Origin: Azolla caroliniana
Taxonomy: Eukaryota > Plantae > Polypodiophyta
Assembly: GCA_043228905.1 (NCBI GenBank)
Contig: JBHGNT010000007.1
Span: forward strand, 15,686,001 to 15,750,000
Length of the DNA stretch: 64,000 nucleotides
Direction: 5' to 3'
Made by a program: the position numbers and the translations under genes. Numbering within the stretch: position 1 is the stretch's first letter; every line of letters begins with the position of its first letter. Shown here one piece after another: positions 1-14,400 of the stretch. Under the pieces are notes generated by a model. The model did not search any database. It was not told where the DNA came from and worked only from the letters and a program-made list of their open reading frames with translations.

Positions 1-3000
1 TGGCAGAGTAAGCAGTGCGTCCGCATGGTGCACTCCAGTGACGAGTGTCCGGAATTCAAGCAGGTCGTGCATTGGATTGCTTGCCGGAAACGGAGATCCT
101 CATCGGTTGGTAATGCTCGTTGGAGGGCTCCCATTGTTAGCCAAGAGCTCGTTTTTTCCATTTCTCTAACCCGGTCGATCACCTGGTCGACAGTGCTTGT
201 GCGAAAGTCAATGACCGTGCATACCGTTCGTAGACATTCCCGGAGCGCGGCTAAAAATATAGCCCGCGTTTCTTCCTCCGGAGGTGTGCGGGTAAGCTGG
301 TTGTGCATCCGTTGAAACCGGATTACAAACTGCGGGATGCTCTCCTCGGGATCCTGCCGAATTGTATAAAATAAGCCCACCATTTCTCACTGATCCACCT
401 CCTTCTGGAAGAAGTGCAAGAATTTGTCTTTTAGGTCCATAAAGGTGGTGATGGTGTTGCGATCCTGCGTCCGGTGCCATCTGGCAGCCGGTCCTTCTAA
501 TGTTACGCCGAATTCAGCTATCTTGGATCGTTCCTCTTCTGCCGCGGTTAGCCGTTGTGACACATGGTTCGCTTCCCATGTTTGTTCAAACGCGTGAACA
601 TGAACCTCCGCGTCCGGGTCATCCCGATACTTGGAGTACTGGAACGGCATATTCTCGTCCGGTGTCGGTACGCGGCCTGGCGGTGTCGGTGGTGTTTCCT
701 ATTGTTCCGCCGGCGTTTGAGGTCTTTGCCGGTCTTTGCCGGTCTTCCTTTGGTGTTGCCGGCTCGGCTTCCGGTGTTGGAAGTTTTTGCCGGTGCCCTT
801 CCGTCTCCGAAGGTTGCTCCACGACGAGTGCCAGAGGTTCTCGGTCTGCCAACTCTGGTTCCGGTGTCGGTAAGGTATCCGACTCCTCGTCCTCCGGTCC
901 TCCTGGGGTGTCGTTACTACTGCGATAGTTCGTATGCGCGTTGTAACCCCCTTCCGAATCCGATTCCAATGCTGGAAATGCTTCGAATTCACCTTCTCCT
1001 CCGGCCAAGGCCTGGAGAAGGGTTTCCGCTTCCCGGAGGCTGCTTAAGCTACTTCCTTCGTCCAGGTAGGCGTTTTGTTGCAGATGGAGCGACTCCTCCG
1101 CCACTTTCCGGATCATTTTGGAAAATGATCGATCCGTTCAGATTTCTTCCGTTGCTTCTTGAAAAGCCTCTCGCCGTCGTCTCCGTTCAGCAAGTCTTCG
1201 TGCTCTCTCCGTAACCGGGTCGTTTGTTGGCCTAGTCATCCATTCCTACGGTTGTTCACTGCGATAATGCAGGAATCGTGGTCGCCAAAAACTTCGTCTG
1301 CGACACAAACATTCTCTTTCTATCGGCTTACAAACTTCGGTGACATCATTCGGGTCATCAAAAAAACCGTTGTATGTATGTGTGTTCTTCTTTGTATCTT
1401 GTGAGTTGTGTGTGGATCACGTTCATTTCTTTTAGGTTAATGAGTTTTCGAAATTCTGTAGGTGCCCTTTGATTTTTAAAATTCCTTAAATGCTCCTTAT
1501 CGTTCTCCTTTTCCCTCTCTTTTTCCTATTTTATTATTTATTTATTAATTTGCATTAGGTCTTTTTCCTTTCCTTCTTTGTTCAGTTTGTCTTCTTCCTG
1601 CTTCTTACGTTTCTCTCTTGTCGTTGTCTGCATCTTTCTCTTCTTCCCGCCTTCTTGCGATTCGTTAGCTTTCTTCTCTTCAAGAGAAAGGCTTCTATCT
1701 TCCTCTTCATCCTCTTCCAATCTATTTGATCTCTGTCTATTTATCTTAGTTCATGCTCATCTTGTTATCTCTTTCTCCCCTCTATTTCTTCTTCTTCTTC
1801 TTCTGTGTCATTTCGAGCCATTTCTTCCTCCGCTTGTCGCCCTGCTCTCCGTCATTGTCATTGTCTCCTTCGCTTTTCGGCGGCTCTGTTGCCGGCTACG
1901 TCGCTTTTCGGTGTCAATGTCCCATCATCTGGTCGTTGCCGTTGCTGTTGCCGTTGCCATGGCTGTACATTTCGACTATCATCTCTATCACTCTTTGACT
2001 CTGTTTGGCCGTCGTCCCGCTGTTTGTCCGTCTCCATCTTCGTCGTTGTCCGGCGTCGTCTGGTCCGACCGCCTTCGTTCTGGCGTTGTTCGGCCACTAC
2101 GACCACTCTTAGGTCGCTCTCCGGCCTCTCCTCCATCTCTGTCGGTGTTCTAGCCTTCGAGCCATCTTAGGCCGGCTTGTTCCGGTCGGTTTTCCGGTAG
2201 TCAGTTCGGTTGTTGTCCGTCATCTTTCGGTCGTGCATCCGGTCCGTCGTCTCGGCCGCCTATCTGCATCTGGTTATTCCGACTGGTTTCCGGCCCTTCC
2301 GACCGCTCTCCAACCGCTCAGACTGTTGCCCGGTTGCTCTTGAGCCGCTGTCTGGCCGTTATTCGGCCATTCCGACCTCTCTATGGTCACTCCGACTGTT
2401 GTCCGGCCACTTAGACACTTCGGCTGCTATCTGGTCACTCCAGCCACTCTTACCCGTTGTCCGGCCATTCCGGCGAGTTCTGCCCATTTGGTTGTACTTC
2501 TGGTTCCTTGTTCCCGGCCAACTGATTAGTCGTGTCTTTCCGCTTCGGTTTGTATTTCTTTCACTTTCTTAATTGCCTTCTCCATCTTTGTTCCAACAAT
2601 TCCCTTTGGTCTAGTCGTTTGCTTTCTAGCCATGTGTGTCCGGTCATATGTGGATAGAAATGCACTCTCGCATCTTTGGAAGATACAGCATGTGGTGGTT
2701 GGGTCTCGCCTAGATCATAGGCTTTATTTCTCCCTTGCTTTTTTCTTCTTTCTTTGCGATCAGATCCATGCCAAAAAGACCAATCACATGTCAGAAAAAA
2801 TACACTTGTATAGACATTAATTTTTATCAGAATCATGGCACGGATAATCAATCTGTCATTTCTTGTTTCTCATGCACATCATGGTTGCCATTTTTTGCAT
2901 ATTGTTGTCGATCCCATTTCTTGCAGATCATCACCACGTAACATTCTTCATCTTCCTTGCGCACAACATCACCCTGTTGCATTCCTCAACGGCTTTCAAT

Positions 3001-3573
3001 CACCATCACCATTTCTTGCATATTTTGTCGTTATTGACTTGCATCGCCACGTATCATTCTTCGACTCCGTCTCCAAAGGGGGGTCGCCTTAGTGGTCGCC
3101 AAAAGGTGTTGTACGTTTTAGGTTTAGGCTTAAGGACGATGACGATGATGAATGATGACTATGATGATTGGTAATGAAGATAGACATGATGTAATAGTGA
3201 AGATAATGGAGAGTATGATGGCAAGAGAAATGATGAAAATGTTGACAAGCATTGAGAAGCATTGCGGGGTGGGGGGTGGTGCCTAGAATGGCTCCACCCC
3301 CCTCCCAAGGGGGTTCAACGTTAAGGGGGAGAGAGAGAGAGAGATGACAAAGAGAGAGAGAGAAAATGGTTATTCATATTTCATTCATTCCCCATAAGGG
3401 GTTAAATAGTACAAGAGGGGGTAGATACATAGGGGTGTAAGCCCCCTCGAGCATTCATACTGGACACTCACTCACACCTCCTTGTATCCATCCACATGCA
3501 CACACGTGTGCATGTGTTCACATACGTATAGACTCACAATTACATTTATGTCCCCTACACATACACAACAACA
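1..3573 (-). mobile_element. 5' part of a non-chromovirus Ty3/gypsy (Tat/Athila-like) element: LTR about 3107-3573, PBS, long leader, degenerate gag running off the left edge
   Basis: Minus-strand gag-like peptide (DAEVHVHAFEQTW...IAEFGVTLEGPAARW, 387-650) and zinc knuckle CTTC..GH...EC near 35-75. PBS TGGCGACCAC at 3092-3101(-). Adjacent TG..CA segment with a TATTTAA box near 3402-3408(-). Right LTR boundary is ambiguous (3570/3573/3584). Confidence 0.65.
3092..3101 (-). promoter_or_regulatory. Primer binding site, tRNA-Arg type (TGGCGACCAC)
   Basis: Complementary to a tRNA 3' end ...GTGGTCG-CCA (plant tRNA-Arg, from memory); lies 5 nt inside the LTR end. Confidence 0.55.
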
Positions 3574-3732
3574 TCATGATAACATTCGACCCTCGCTCAT
3601 CACACTGACTCTCCGTACATCTCGTATGGGGTAACACTTCTTCTTCAATGCTTCGCTCTGTGTATTCTCAGCCTCCTCAGTTTAATCTCACCATTGCTTC
3701 TCTTGCTCCTTTATCTTAACCTAAATTCATAA

Positions 3733-3810
3733 TCATCATCATCATCATCTTCTTCTTCTTCTTCTTCTTCTTCTTCTTCTTCTTCTTCTTCTTCTTCTTC
3801 TTCTTCTTCT
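3733..3810. repeat. (TCA)n-(TCT)n compound microsatellite
   Basis: Directly visible. Confidence 0.95.
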
Positions 3811-4139
3811 TTGTCCTCCTCTTTGTTTGTAGAATTCGGCAACAATACAAATAGAGAATGATTGCTAGAGAGAGAGATCACACATACATAAATTTGTTCT
3901 ATATTGATTGTGTTATTGTTACATTAGCCAAATGACTTGTTTGTAGAGCCGATGGACAAAAAGTTATGTCTCTTCAATGAAGAGTTTTCTCTAACGTCTT
4001 ATAATAAATAACTCTTCGTAATTACTTATTTTTAATAATATTAATAATATAATATTTAGATGAAATATTTCCACGCCCCCCCTTAAGCTAAATATTAATT
4101 TATTCAAAAGTATTTTCGTTCGAAGAATAGTTTGGCATT

Positions 4140-7100
4140 GTTTGACCAATCTTTTGGTAGCAAGCGGCATGCTTTGTTTGAGGTATTGGCTTTGTTAGAA
4201 AATCGACCCACATTAGTGTTGTAGACGCATACTTCAAATCTAGCTTCTTCTCTTCAATTAAGTCTCACAGAAAATGATGCTTGAAAGAGACATGTCGAAT
4301 ATTATCACTCATTTTTGGATTACAAGCTAACTTTATACACGATTGATTATCACAATGAAGGATTATCTTTGAAGTCTTAAACAAGTTAAGGTCTTCAAGT
4401 ATAGAATGAATCCATATTCCTTCTTTAGCAGCGAGTGCGGCAGCTACATATTCAACTTCTCTTGAAGATAGAGCGACCGTTGTTTGCTTCTTAGACCTCC
4501 ATGTTATAGCGGCTCCGGCGAGACAATATACGAAGCCGCTTGTTGACTTACAACCATCAATATCCCCTCCCCAATCTGAATCCGTACAACCAGACAATTG
4601 TGATGGATTGGTCCATCCTTCAAGATTCATGTTGACGGACTCTGATTGTGATCTAGCGTAAGTCAACACCATATCTTTTGTTTGTTTTAGATAACGTAGT
4701 AGTCGTTTTAAAGCTTGCCAATGTTTTGGTCCAGGATCCTGCATAAATCTTGAAAGAATTCCAACGGTGAAACATAAATCGGGGTGTGTACAACTAACAA
4801 AGTAGCGTATACATCCAAGAATTTGCTTGTAAGGAACATTGAGCATTTCATCTCGTTCTTTAATAGTACTTGGAGCATCTTCGATTGATAATTTGCATGG
4901 AGTTGACATGGGTGTAGAGATAGGCTTGCAATGTAGCATGTCAAAACATTTCAATACACTTTCAATGTATTGAGTTTGGGAAAGAGAAATGGTTCCTTTG
5001 ACACGATCTCTTTGTAAGTTCATTCCAAGGAAATACTTCATTGGACCAAGGTCAGTTATTGGAAAAGCTTGTTGAAGTTCCTTCTTCGCAAGTTGTAGAT
5101 AGGCTAGTGAGTTGGCAAGTAGAGGTAAGTCGTCAACATAAACACCAATTATGATGAAATTATTCTTAGCTCTTTTAATGTATACATTTGGTTCATTCTT
5201 TAGTCTTTTATAACCATTGTTAGTTAGAAAATTATGAAGTCGATGATACCAAACTCGTGGAGATTGTCGGAGACCATATAAGGATCAATGTAGACGACAT
5301 ACAACATTTGGTCGAGTTGAATCTTCAAAATGCGGTGGCCGTTGCATATAGATCTCTTCTTCAAGTTCTCCATGAAGGAAAGCGGTTTTAACATCTAAGT
5401 GATGGAGTTCCAAATCAAGTTCGACGGTGAGAGAGACAAATATGCGAAATGTGATACTTCGCAATGTAGGGTTAAATGTATCTTTGAAGTTGATTCCAGG
5501 TATTTGCGAAAAACCACGAGCTACGAGACGAGATTTGAAGCACATAATATTTCCATTGGCATCGGTCTTCTTTCGAAGAACCCACTTACAACTAACAATT
5601 TGTCGATCAAGTGGTGGATCGACAAGGCTCCAATTTTTGTTCTTTAATAAGGCTTTCATCTCTTCTTCCATGGCTACTCTCCATTTAGGGCCATCGGTAC
5701 TAGACAACGCTTCTCTAAAGGTAATAATCAATTCATTTGTGGTATCCAGCTCTTCTTCAATTATGAGAGTGTCCATATCGAGGTCCACAAAGTGTGCCTC
5801 AAATTGGTCAAGTTCCTTCTAGATATCGGACAAGGAGCGCGTACGGCGAGGTGGTGAGTCATTATCATATGGGTTTGGATAGTCTTGCAAGGATTATGAT
5901 TTTGAGTTGATTGAAAAATCACTAGTGATGTTGGGTGATTCAAGATGAAATGACGGAATGATTTGATGGGTTTGAGGGCTTTCAAGAGCATGTTGATTAG
6001 AGGTCCACAAAATGGATAAAGAGAGTGGTAAGGTGTTAAATGTATGTAAGTGTGGTGAAAACATGGTTGATGGAGAGGATGTGTTTGTGAGGTCATTATA
6101 ATGTGTAGAGTTGGATGGTGTGAAACCACTATCAAGATGTGGTTGAATGTAGTTAGTTAGTTAGGGTTGGGTGGTTCTTTTATGTTGGTTAGTTAGATTT
6201 AAAGATTTATTTTTCATTTTACTTTTATTTTTATCAACTTTAAATTTAAACGTTGGTTTCTTATGTAAACGTAGTCAAACGGGAGGAGTACTTGGAGCAG
6301 AGGAGATGGGAGGAGATGCAAGGGGTTCATGTGCAGGAGAGATCGGAGGAGGTACAAGGGGCTAATCAGCATGAATAAAAGGGCGAGGTATTACCACATA
6401 ATGATCGACAACATCGGGGACTTCATCAAAGTGAGAAGCGGTGATGATATTGGCGGCTTTCTTCGATCGATTGCTGGCGGCGATTGCAACGGAATCAACA
6501 TCCTTTTGTCAGTGGCAATGGTGGCGATTATCATCATCAATGTTCTTGTGTTGGTAGCAAAAGGTGGCATCGGCGGCAGTGCTCTGTGGGAGGCGGCGAT
6601 CGTCAACAACAACGATGTTCTGTTGGTGGGAGGTGGCGGCATCGATGCTGGTTGGAAGGCGGCGGTCGTTAGCAACAACGATTTTCTGCTGGCAGAAGGT
6701 GGCGGCAGTGGTGGTTGGGAGGCAACGGTCATCAGCAACAACAATTTTCTATTGGTGGGAGGCCACAACGGTGTTGTTTGGGAGGCGATGTACATCAACG
6801 ACAACGTTGTTATGAGATTGGTGAACTGTGGCAGCATCGTCTTCTAATTGTTCGCCTCCTTCACGAATATCATTTTTAAGGTTATGTGTTGATGTCGTGG
6901 ATTCAAGAAAGGGTGACTCATAAAATTTGACAGTACGACTATAAAAGAAGGTGTTCTTGTTTGGGTCAAATAAACAGTAAGCCTTGTAGCCGTTTGCATC
7001 TCCGTACCCAACGAAAATCGCTTTTCTAGCTCTTTGTTCTAACTTGGATCATTTTTCAGCAGGAACAAAGGCGTATGCAAGGCAGCCAAAGATTTTGAGA

Positions 7101-9162
7101 TCTTGCATATTTGGTTTTACTCCAAACCATAACTCGTATGGTGTGATTAACCCAAGTGTTCGATGATAGTTACGATTTTGGAGATAACATGCTATTGCGA
7201 CAGCGTCTTCCCAAAATGAGGGCGAAAGTGACGCGAGGTTCAGCATGCTCCGGGCCGAATTAAGGAGTGTTCGATTTTTTCGTTCGGCTAGACCATTTTG
7301 TTGTGGTGTTGAAGGAACAGAAATTCGTTGTAAAATTCCATGGTCTTTACAAAATTTTGTAAACTTATTAGATGTATATTTTCCTCCCCCGTCAAATTGT
7401 AGACATTTCAATTGTAGATTTAGTTGCTTTTTTGTTAGTGCTTTGTAATTTGTAAAAGTTGTGAAAGCTTGGTCTTTGCTTTTGAGGAATGTTAGTATCG
7501 TAAGCCTTGTATAATCATTGATGAAACTAATGAAATATTTTGATTTTAAAAGTGATTGAGTTGGGAATGGACCGCATATGTCACTATGGACAAGTTCAAG
7601 AGGTCGACTTCTTCGTGAGTTACTTGTAGGAAACTTTGATGATGCCATTTTGCCGAACAAGCACGCCTCACATAGGTCAATTTTGCAAAACATATCCTTT
7701 GGAACTCCTTGAGCGAGCTTGTGATTTTGGAGTGTTCGCATAGCAACAAGGTGTGGATGTTCGAGTCAATAGTGCCAAAGTAAGGTGAGTTCCTATTGTC
7801 TTTCGATTTCGGTTGTGTGAACTAATTGGATATAACCCTCCTTGTCTTTTGCAGGAAGTTCGTATAGTGAGACCATTTGGTAGAAGATGACGAATCACGG
7901 CTTGATTATGATGGAACTCAATGATGGTTCCATTTGAAGTTGCTTGACTTATCGAAAGGAGGTTCTTGGTGATACCAGGCACGTGGTACACATCATTTAT
8001 GGTGAAGTTTCCTCCTCTGGGGAGATAAAAAGTAAGTTGGTCTTTGCCTAATGCTTGTTTTACTCCATTATTTCCAAATCTAACAGTTATTGAATTTTGT
8101 AGGGGTGTGTACCTTTGAAGCCAATCCGATCGATGTGTGAGGCAGTTCGTTGCTCCAGTATCGAGATACCATTTGTCATCCTTCTTTGTTGGTATATCCG
8201 CGACAAGTGCTTCAGCCACAAAAGCTTGCATCAAGTTGTTGTAACCTTCTTCTTCATATTCATCCTTTTCTTCCATTGAGGCAACATAAACCTCTTTTTC
8301 TTCTTCTTCGCCATTTCTCCCTTCCTCGAATTCTTCTACAATGTGCACTTGTGGTCGACGAATGTTGCTTGGGAATCTTCGAATAGACTTTTGTTTTGCC
8401 TTACATTCTTGTGGTGTGTGGCCTGGTGTTTTGCAAATGTTACAATAAGACTTAGTGAACTTCATTCCTCCTTTAGTCATAGGTGAAACTCTTGTATCTT
8501 GCTTGTGGTTTGTAATGAGATCGATAGGCTGCCATAGCGATTGCTTGTGTTGATGTGTTTTCTTCTCTTGTCTTTCTCATCGAGTCTTCTTGTCTTATGT
8601 CTCCCATGAGATCTTCCACAGTAGCTTGTTTATTTAAATTTTGTGTCGTCACAAAAGATGACCAAGAAGAGGGTAAAGTGCCTAATAATAAACATCTTTG
8701 TAGTTTGTCGGAGATGTCCACGCCAGATGTAATTGTATCATCCAATTTCTTTTCCCAAGTTATTAGAAAATTATCTACATCTTCTTCTTCTTTCATTGTA
8801 AATGTGACATATGCACGTAGTGTGTGCACTTGTGCTGCCTCCGTCTTTGGTTCGTATTGTGTCTTCAATTTCTCCCAAATTTGATGCGAAGTTTGTAACT
8901 TTCTAACCGCTTCTCCTTGAACATCTGATATATGTGCTAATAATTCCATCTTTGCTACAAGATCTTTCTCTTCCCAAATAACTTGATCAGGTCCGGGGAG
9001 TTCAGGTTTTGTTGATAATCCTGACACTACATCCCAAAGTTTGTAGTGTTGAAATAATAATTCGAGTCGAGCACTCCAAATGCGATAATTTTGCTTTGAT
9101 AACTTTACTATTGAAAGTTTATGTGTGTTGAGAATGTTAGTAGGAATTGAAGATTGTGCCAT
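4140..9162 (-). pseudogene. copia gag-pol, broken by stops and frameshifts
   Basis: gag 8473-9162; CCHC knuckle and protease WYLDTGAT 7677-8480; integrase LELVHSDICGP/QQNGLAER 7049-7741; RT HHLDVKTAFLHG 5285-5788; RNase H TDSDWGG/VEYVA 4265-5041. Confidence 0.92.
6545..6835. repeat. Degenerate tandem repeat of about 60 bp in the INT-RT linker
   Basis: Recurring TGGGAGGCRRCG..CAGCAACAACRAT..TCT.TTGGTGGGAGG units (4-5 copies). Confidence 0.6.
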
Positions 9163-12100
9163 TTTTATGGAAGAGAGTTATCCGACTTACCGCTCGTCTT
9201 GATGACAAATCGATCAACACTCATGGGATTCTCTAGTCTTATTTGATAGATGTAGAAATCTATAAATCTGACACCATGTAGAATTCGGCAACTATACAAA
9301 TAGAGAATGATTGCTAGAGAGAGAGATCACACATACATAAATTTGTTCTATATTGATTGTGTTATTGTTACATTAGCCAAATGACTTGTTTGTAGAGCCG
9401 ATGAACAAAAAGTTATGTCTCTTCAATGAAGAGTTTTCTCTAAAGTCTTATAATAAATAACTCTTCGTAATTACTTATTTTTAATAATATTAATAATATA
9501 ATATTTAGATTAAATATTTCCACATTGTTCACATTACTTCCATTTCACTTACGTCTTTCTTTCCAATCTAAATGTACTATCATCATCTTCTTCTTCTTGT
9601 TCTTCTTCATTTTCTGCCTCCTTCGTCTACATTACTTCCATCTCTTCTTTATCCTCTCTTTTGTCTATATTACTTCACCTTCTTCCTCCTTTTCTTTGCC
9701 TACATTAATTCCTCCATCTTTTTCTTCCCTTCACAGGGGGATGCCAAAAACCGTGCAGGCATTTGCAACAATCACACAATACAGAACCTCCTAGCAATTA
9801 GTAGAATGGTTGGGGGTGCAAGTCACAGAGTAGTAGCGCAAATGGCCGAAGAGCAAAAAGAAGGGTTGAGCATACACACACATAGAGATAAGATAGAAGA
9901 CATGGCCATGCAGTTGACGGCGGCCAAGGGCCAAATTGCCGAACTGGAGGACGCGTTGAAGAGTGTCAAGGAGTAACTGGCGATACAAGCAAGGACAAGC
10001 CAAGACAGGACAACAACGCTAGAACCAAGGAGTCAGGTTCAGGATCGGAGAGACGGGACACAAGAAGGTCAAAGAAATGTACAAGTTATGACGAATGAGG
10101 TAGAAAAAGAAAAGAGGCACAACTCAACCGACACTTAAAGGACAAGCAAGCCGAGTTCGAGAAATTATATCGAGATCACAAGGAGCTGGAGAAGGAGTTC
10201 AACCGGAAACAAGAGAAGCTCAAGGAGGCGCAGGCAGAAATAAAGGAGAAGAATGAGGCCTGATGACGCAAGAGAAATTCTTTGAAGAAACAAAGGACAA
10301 GATGAGAGAAGAGGTGGAAACAGAGAAGATGAAGGTACTAGAAGACTAGGACCGGATGATTGAACAATGAAGGTACAGACTATGTGATAGTGAGAAAAGG
10401 CCAAAAACGTAATTTCTTACTATTAGTGCATAGGTATAAAAGTAAATAGAAACGAGGGTTTTAGAGTGCCTCCAAAAAGTTGTGTTTGTATTTTTCTCTT
10501 TTTTCTGTGTTGTCTTCTGTGTGTGTTGTTCAACATTTCTTTGCAGGTAAAACAACAGCTCATCCACCTCCATTGCTTTCTCTCCAACAGTGGTATCAGA
10601 GCACGGGACTTCATGAAGACTATGTGTGTGGCAGAAAGCATCCGACTTCTCTGTTTTTCCCCCTCTGTGCATGCTATTTTTCTAGGAACACGACAGAGGT
10701 AATATCTAGTACATGTTTCTGTATGAACTCTTTTTTTTGTGCCAATTTTTTGGGGAAAAATAGACCTTTGGTGAAAGGTAGAAACAGAGAGGACTCACTG
10801 TTTCTAGTATACAGAAGAGAGGATTTACACGTAAAAACTTGCATTTGGTTTTTTCAATGCTTGCTCACTTGATGTGAGATTGTGACGTTGAAGTTACGTC
10901 TTAGTTACATTCCTTCTGCCTTGGCTGATATAAGAGTGAGGTGTTGTTCTCAGTCGAACACACATACCTACCCTAGAACACGGTGATAGTTGTACCTGAG
11001 ACCAGGTAGTGAGTAGTGTCTCAACTATCATTAGGTGCTTAGATTTGGAATTGACTAAGTTTACCTACGACCCAAATGGCCTCTGAAATGTCCGAGGTTT
11101 CAAGTACCTGACACGGTGGTTCCTTTAATTACCATAGAAATCACTCTATGAGTGGAAAAGACCACCTTGAGATTCGTAAATTTGACGGATCCAACTTTGC
11201 CTTGTGGAAGAATCAGATGAGAGATGTCCTGATTCAAAGAAGGCAATTAAGACCATTAAGTGGTGAAGCCAAGAGACCTGAGGGCATGACCAAGGACGAT
11301 TAGGAAGAGCTCGATCTCTTGGCAATGTCTACCATAAGACTGCACCTAGTTGGCAACGTGTATTTCACGGTCTTGGACTGTGACTCAGCTGAAAAGCTAT
11401 GGACTAAACTATGCAATACATACGAAAAAGAGACCGCATCAAACAAAGTTTATCTAATGAGAAAACTTTATGATCTTCGAATGAAGGATAATGATAGTGT
11501 CGCCTCTCATTTGAATGATTTTGATGCATTATGGTCACAATTACTGGCTCAGAAAATGATTTTGGATGATGAGCTGAAATGTGTATTTTTGTTATGCACT
11601 TTGCCTAGCTCATGGGACACTTTTTGCACCACTATTAGTGCTAGTGCACCAAATGGGAAATTAGTCTATAATAACATATGTGGAGCACTTTTGGGTGAAG
11701 AAATTTGTAGAAAATCTGTGATTGCATCACATAATGGAGATGCATATAATGTTTCTGATGTTGGTCCTCGCAAGAACCAACATCGTGGTAGGAGCCAAAA
11801 AAGAAATAGTAGTGGAAATGATAGAGGTAGAAGCAAATCTAGGAAGAAAAATATGGAGTGTCATTACTGTCATAAAAAGGGACAACTTAAGAAAGATTGT
11901 TATGCCCTAAAAAATAAGGAGAAAGATATTGCTAGAGGGCATGGTAGACAATCTAGTGGTCCCTCTTCCTCAGTGGAAACAGAGGAAGTAAATGCAACAT
12001 GTGATGAGACGGACATCTTGGTCTTAGATGATGTTAGCACACATGTTGGGGTGAACATGGTCTTTTCCCCTTCACATACGTGTTTGTTGGACTCCGGTGC

Positions 12101-14273
12101 ATCATTTCATGTGACTCCACATAGAGTGGTTCACATGTTATGAAGCCAAGTCACTTGGGAAAGTTTGACTTGGAGATTCACATCAGTGTGACGTGATTGG
12201 CATTGGAGATATCTCAATGCATTTTAGTGATGGTTCTCATCTCACCATTAAAGATGTACATCAGGTTCCTCAACTAACTCGTAGTTTGATTTCCGTTGGT
12301 CAACTTGATGACAACGGATATAAGGTGATATTTGATTCTCAATCCTTTCGTATAACGAAAGGAAATATGATTGTTGCAAAAGGGAACAAAGTTGGTTCCC
12401 TCTACCCTCTATTTGTTCATACAAAAGAACACTTGTTGGTTGTCATAGACCAACCAATGACGAGCATTTGGCATGGTCATTTAGGCCACATGTCAAGAAA
12501 TGGCATGGAAATCCTATCTCGTTATGGCCACTTACCTAAGTTGTCATTCTTTGATTTTGCTTTATGTGAGCATTGTCAACATGGTAAGCAAACTAGAAGT
12601 GCACATAAGACCAGTGTTAACTCATCCACTAAACCATTGGATCTTGTCCACACGGATGTTTGTGGACCTATGCCCACAAGATCTTTGGGTGGTGCACTAT
12701 ATTTTGTTACTTTCATTGATGATGCCACTAGGAAAGTTTGGGCTTATCCAATTAAGGGAAAGGATGATGTATACCCCACTTTCAGAAAATGGCTTAGTTC
12801 GGTTGAGCTAGAAAATGACATAAAGCTTAAGGCTTTACGTTCGGACAATGGAGGTGAGTATACCTCTCACGAATTTGATGACATTTGTAAGTCTAGAGGC
12901 ATTCGGAGAGAGTTTACAGCTCCTTACACCCCTGTCCAAAATGGTGTGGCTGAGAGGATGAATAGAACCATCCAGGACAGAGTTGTCTCTATGCTACACC
13001 ATGCAAACCTCTCGCAAGGTTTTTGGGCAGAAGCTATTTTAACAGAAGTCCATGTGATTAATCTATCACCAAACACAGCCATAGGTCTAAAAGTGGCACA
13101 AGAGTTGTGGAATGCAAGACACCTCATTATGCTCATCTTAGAGTCTTTGGATGCGAAGCATATGTACACATTCCAAAAACTTTAAGAAAGAAATTAGACT
13201 ATAAATGCAGAAAATGTATATTCCTTGGTTACGGAATTGATGGGCAGTTTGGATATCGCTTATGGGATATTGACACACGTACTGTGGTCAGAAGCAGTGA
13301 TGTTGTTTTTTATGAGAACGAAATGCATAAACAATCCGTAAAGGAGGTAGAAGTGAGAAAGGTTGCATTTAAAGATTTTACGCCTTTTGTTGATGTAAAA
13401 CAGAAAAATCTTATTGATGTAGATGCTTCTACATGTGGGCAGTAACAAAAAACTATTATTGGTCAGGATGAAGATGCCCAAAATGATGATGCTCAGCACA
13501 ATGATGTGCAAAATGATGTTTTTCAGCAAGAATATGCTCATAATGATGATGCTCAGAATGATGTTTCTCATGCACAACCTAATGGTATTCAGGTTCAGGA
13601 ATCATTGAGGAGATCTACGCGTGTCTCCAAAGCACCTAGTAAGTTTGTTGATTATGTAATGCTAACATATGCCGGTGAGCCTTCATGTTACAATGAAGCC
13701 ATATCTGTTCATGACCATGCTAAATGGAAACAAGCCATGCAAAATGAGTTGGACAATATCCATAAGAATGGAACTTGGCATTTAGTGCCTTTGCCAAAGG
13801 ACAGGAAAGCATTGCCATGCAAGTGAGTATATAAGTACAAGTATGCATCTGATAATGTTTCCCCAAAGTACAAAGCACGCTTGGTAGCCAAAGGTTTCAA
13901 GCAAGAACATGGAATTGATTTTGATGAAACCTTCTCCCCTGTAGTTAAGATGACTACATTACGTATGTTACTTTCATTGGCTGCTGTTGAGAATCAAGCT
14001 CAACTTGGTCTAGTGTGTGAACTCACCTTGAGAGTGAAGAGACACTCCAACGGTCAAGAGTCACCATTATGTCACCACTTTGTATTCTAGCATTTAGTAT
14101 GAGTCATAGAATCATATTCTATGACACATAACTTATGAGCTTTCACATTCCCCATGCTCCATGAGGCTTGTAGTTAATGAAGAGAGAGGGTGACTACATA
14201 AAGCACCCTCCTCCCACCTTGTATAATTGTGTGTCTTTCTCCTTTGTCAATATATTTTTAACCTTGCGTATAC

Positions 14274-14304
<31 letters not shown>

Positions 14305-14400
14305 ATCTCACACACACACACAGTTCACACCTATTCCGCTTCACAAGAATCCATCTCTTGATTCTTTACATGGTATCCGGTCGGTCTCCTTAGCCAATTC

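Larger units (their letters stand above)
3828..9524 (-). mobile_element. Full-length, mutated Ty1/copia element with short LTRs (Ale/Retrofit-like)
   Basis: 248-bp LTRs at 3828-4075 and 9277-9524 (about 5 differences). TSD TTGTT at 3823-3827 and 9525-9529. PBS TGGTGTCAGA at 9267-9276(-), a near match to tRNA-iMet. PPT near 4076-4088(-). Domain order gag-PR-INT-RT-RH. Confidence 0.95.

Noticed and set aside
1538-2170. E/K/R-rich ORFs as a host gene
   Set aside because: Low-complexity sequence inside a retroelement leader, with no domain or splice evidence
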